From a virus (lineage: Duplodnaviria > Caudoviricetes), in IMG/VR virus record IMGVR_UViG_3300023055_000010, positions 1-44,696 of that record: 44,696 bases of DNA. The stretch is one strand, 5' to 3'. The position numbers were made by a program, and so were the translations under genes. Position 1 is the first letter of the stretch. Each line of letters opens with the position of its first letter. Positions 42,947 through 44,696 of the stretch are shown here, in pieces. Below the pieces are notes generated by a model. It worked only from the letters and a program-made list of their open reading frames with translations, was not told the DNA's origin and ran no database searches.

Positions 42947-44025
42947 AGCGGGCGGCCAACCATCGCGCGGCGATTCTCGACGCGATTGCGCGCGGCACCT
43001 TCAGCTACGCCACCACTTTCCCCGAGAGCAAGAACGCAGCCAAGTTCAGCCCGAAGGCCCTGGGTCAAACGGTTCAAGCCTATCTTGAGAGCTGGGTGGA
43101 CGGGAAAGCCAAGACCATAAAGGCCAGTACGGCGGACGGCTATCGAAAGGTGGTCAACGGGCGCCTCGTCCCATCGCTCGGCAAGCACGAGCTTGCAGAT
43201 CTGCGGCGCGTCCACGTGCGCGAAATGTGCGAAGACATGGACGTGACGAACAAGCGCATTGCGAACGTCCTGTCCGTACTGCGCACGGCGCTGGATGAAG
43301 CCGTGACGGATGAATTGATAGAAACCAATCCTATCGCCGGTTGGACCTACGCGAAGAACGAAGCCCCGAAAGAAGAAGATGACGTCGACCCGTTCACGGC
43401 CGCCGAACAGGCGAAGATTCTGGAGGCGCTTGATGGGCAGGGCCGCAACCTGATTCAGTTCGCTCTATGGACGGGCCTCCGAACGTCCGAAATGGTGGGC
43501 CTACGGTGGGAGGATATTGACTTGGCGCGCGGGGAGGTGCGCATTCGACGCGCAACGACTCAGGCAGCCAAGGGAGCCGCCGAAGTCCCGAAGACCAGCA
43601 GCAGTAAGCGCATGGTCAAGCTGCTCGGCCCCGCCCGCGAGGCGCTGGAAGCACAAAAGGCGTTCACGTTGCTGGCGAACGCCCATGTTTTTCAGAACCC
43701 TCGCACCAGCGCGCCCTGGGAAGGCGATCAGCCCATTCGCAAGACCCTTTGGCAGCCCGCGCTGAAACGCGCCAAGGTCCGTTACCGTGTGCCGTACCAG
43801 ACCCGGCACACCTACGCGTCTATGATGCTGTCCGCGGGAGAGCATCCGATGTGGGTTGCCAATCAGATGGGACATGCGGATTGGGGCATGATTCGCCGCG
43901 TCTACGGCCGGTGGATGCCCGATGCCGCCCCCGACGCCGGCGCCAAGGCCGAGGCCTTGTACGGCAGCCCTGATGGTCAGCATTTGGTCAACATCACCCC
44001 CAAGAGCCGCATGAACACTGGATAG
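42826..44025 (+). CDS. int: Tyrosine integrase with an N-terminal arm-binding domain (DUF3596-like)
   Basis: TGLRTSE, PKT, YQTRHTYAS, QMGH and VYGRW motifs. Stop codon 2 bp before the att core. Confidence 0.96.
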   Translation: MGKQYDGVRPASESSIEIDFYYANQRCRERIKLQPTPANLKRAANHRAAILDAIARGTFSYATTFPESKNAAKFSPKALGQTVQAYLESWVDGKAKTIKASTADGYRKVVNGRLVPSLGKHELADLRRVHVREMCEDMDVTNKRIANVLSVLRTALDEAVTDELIETNPIAGWTYAKNEAPKEEDDVDPFTAAEQAKILEALDGQGRNLIQFALWTGLRTSEMVGLRWEDIDLARGEVRIRRATTQAAKGAAEVPKTSSSKRMVKLLGPAREALEAQKAFTLLANAHVFQNPRTSAPWEGDQPIRKTLWQPALKRAKVRYRVPYQTRHTYASMMLSAGEHPMWVANQMGHADWGMIRRVYGRWMPDAAPDAGAKAEALYGSPDGQHLVNITPKSRMNTG

Positions 44026-44027
44026 CC

Positions 44028-44059
44028 CGGGGGTTCAATTCCCCCCGGCTCCACCAAAT
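44028..44059 (+). repeat. att core, right copy (displaced ssrA 3' end)
   Basis: Identical to 81-112. Confidence 0.95.
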
Positions 44060-44084
44060 TAGCAAGCATTAGTCAGTAGCAGAC

Positions 44085-44119
44085 AGGGGCGGACGGGATA
44101 ACCGATCCGCCCTTTTTTT
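44085..44119 (+). terminator. Probable original host ssrA terminator
   Basis: GGGCGGA…TCCGCCC followed by T7, just outside the right att copy. Confidence 0.75.
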
Positions 44120-44696
44120 GTCTCTGGCTGATTACCATTTCACAGTGAAATCACACGGAATTCACTCCAGCATATACCGGGCAGCCACCCAGCATTTGCC
44201 ATGTCCTATTTCATCCCCTTATCCCACCGGCCCGGAGGCTGCTGGACCTGAATCCACTGGCACGGCGAGACGACAGGCCACGAAGGTCGTATTGCCACCG
44301 AGAGCCTGACCAAAAGATCGCCCCACGTTCCCTGCTGAAGGTTGCAGATCGTGGGTGTGGGAAGTTGAGGCGGACGATGAAATCCAGCTGTTCCGACAGC
44401 GATGGCCGGAACAGGGCTAGGGCATGGCTAGGCATTGACCGCCGCCTGTTGCCGGGTAGCGCACCTGGGATACTGGAACCCCAGCGCGGCATGGGCCTGC
44501 GCCAAGTCGTCCCGGGACAGCGAATCAACGCGCGGTACTAGCGGGCACGGCGCGTTGAGATTCACGGGCAGCGTTGACCGCGTCGATAGCCCCTATGCTT
44601 GCGCGCACGCGGACAGCGTCACGCACGAAGCCAGCAGGCAGAGGGCGCTTAAAGACTTCACGGGCGCCCCCCTCGATGACCTTGGATTCGGCCCCA

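Larger units (their letters stand above)
81..44059. mobile_element. Complete temperate prophage (HK97-like head, lambda-like non-contractile tail) integrated in ssrA
   Basis: Flanked by a 32-bp direct repeat. Contains int/xis, immunity, replication, packaging, head, tail and lysis modules in lambdoid order. Confidence 0.96.

Noticed and set aside
44028-44059. A second tRNA/tmRNA gene at the right end
   Set aside because: Only the 3' 32 bp is present and int coding sequence lies directly upstream. It is the att duplication.
44118-44696. ORFs 44118-44309 and 44211-44528 in the host flank
   Set aside because: Short, no motifs and no convincing RBS. They cannot be supported as genes from this window.

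Overview
The window holds an apparently complete ~44 kb temperate siphovirus-type prophage. It is integrated at the 3' end of the host tmRNA gene (ssrA) and bounded by a perfect 32-bp direct repeat (81-112 and 44028-44059). The GC-rich host is probably a betaproteobacterium (Alcaligenaceae-like; inferred). Left to right: a three-gene cargo operon (STAS+GHKL kinase-like protein, DUF4325 STAS protein, membrane-anchored protein); SRAP plus a LexA-boxed gene; lysis cassette; lambda-like tail; HK97-like head and packaging genes; late-region morons including an NHLP-like Cys-rich precursor; Q-like regulator; replication genes with an iteron origin; cII/cro/cI switch; a ~2.2 kb early leader of structured RNAs; early genes; xis and int. 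The leader includes an anticodon-less tRNA derivative and kissing-loop cloverleaves, interrupted by antisense morons. The early genes include a frameshifted rdgC and a C5 methyltransferase split across two overlapping frames. The best candidates for undescribed biology are the kinase/STAS/membrane-effector module and the tRNA-like RNA array. All calls come from reading motifs by eye; no searches or folding programs were run.
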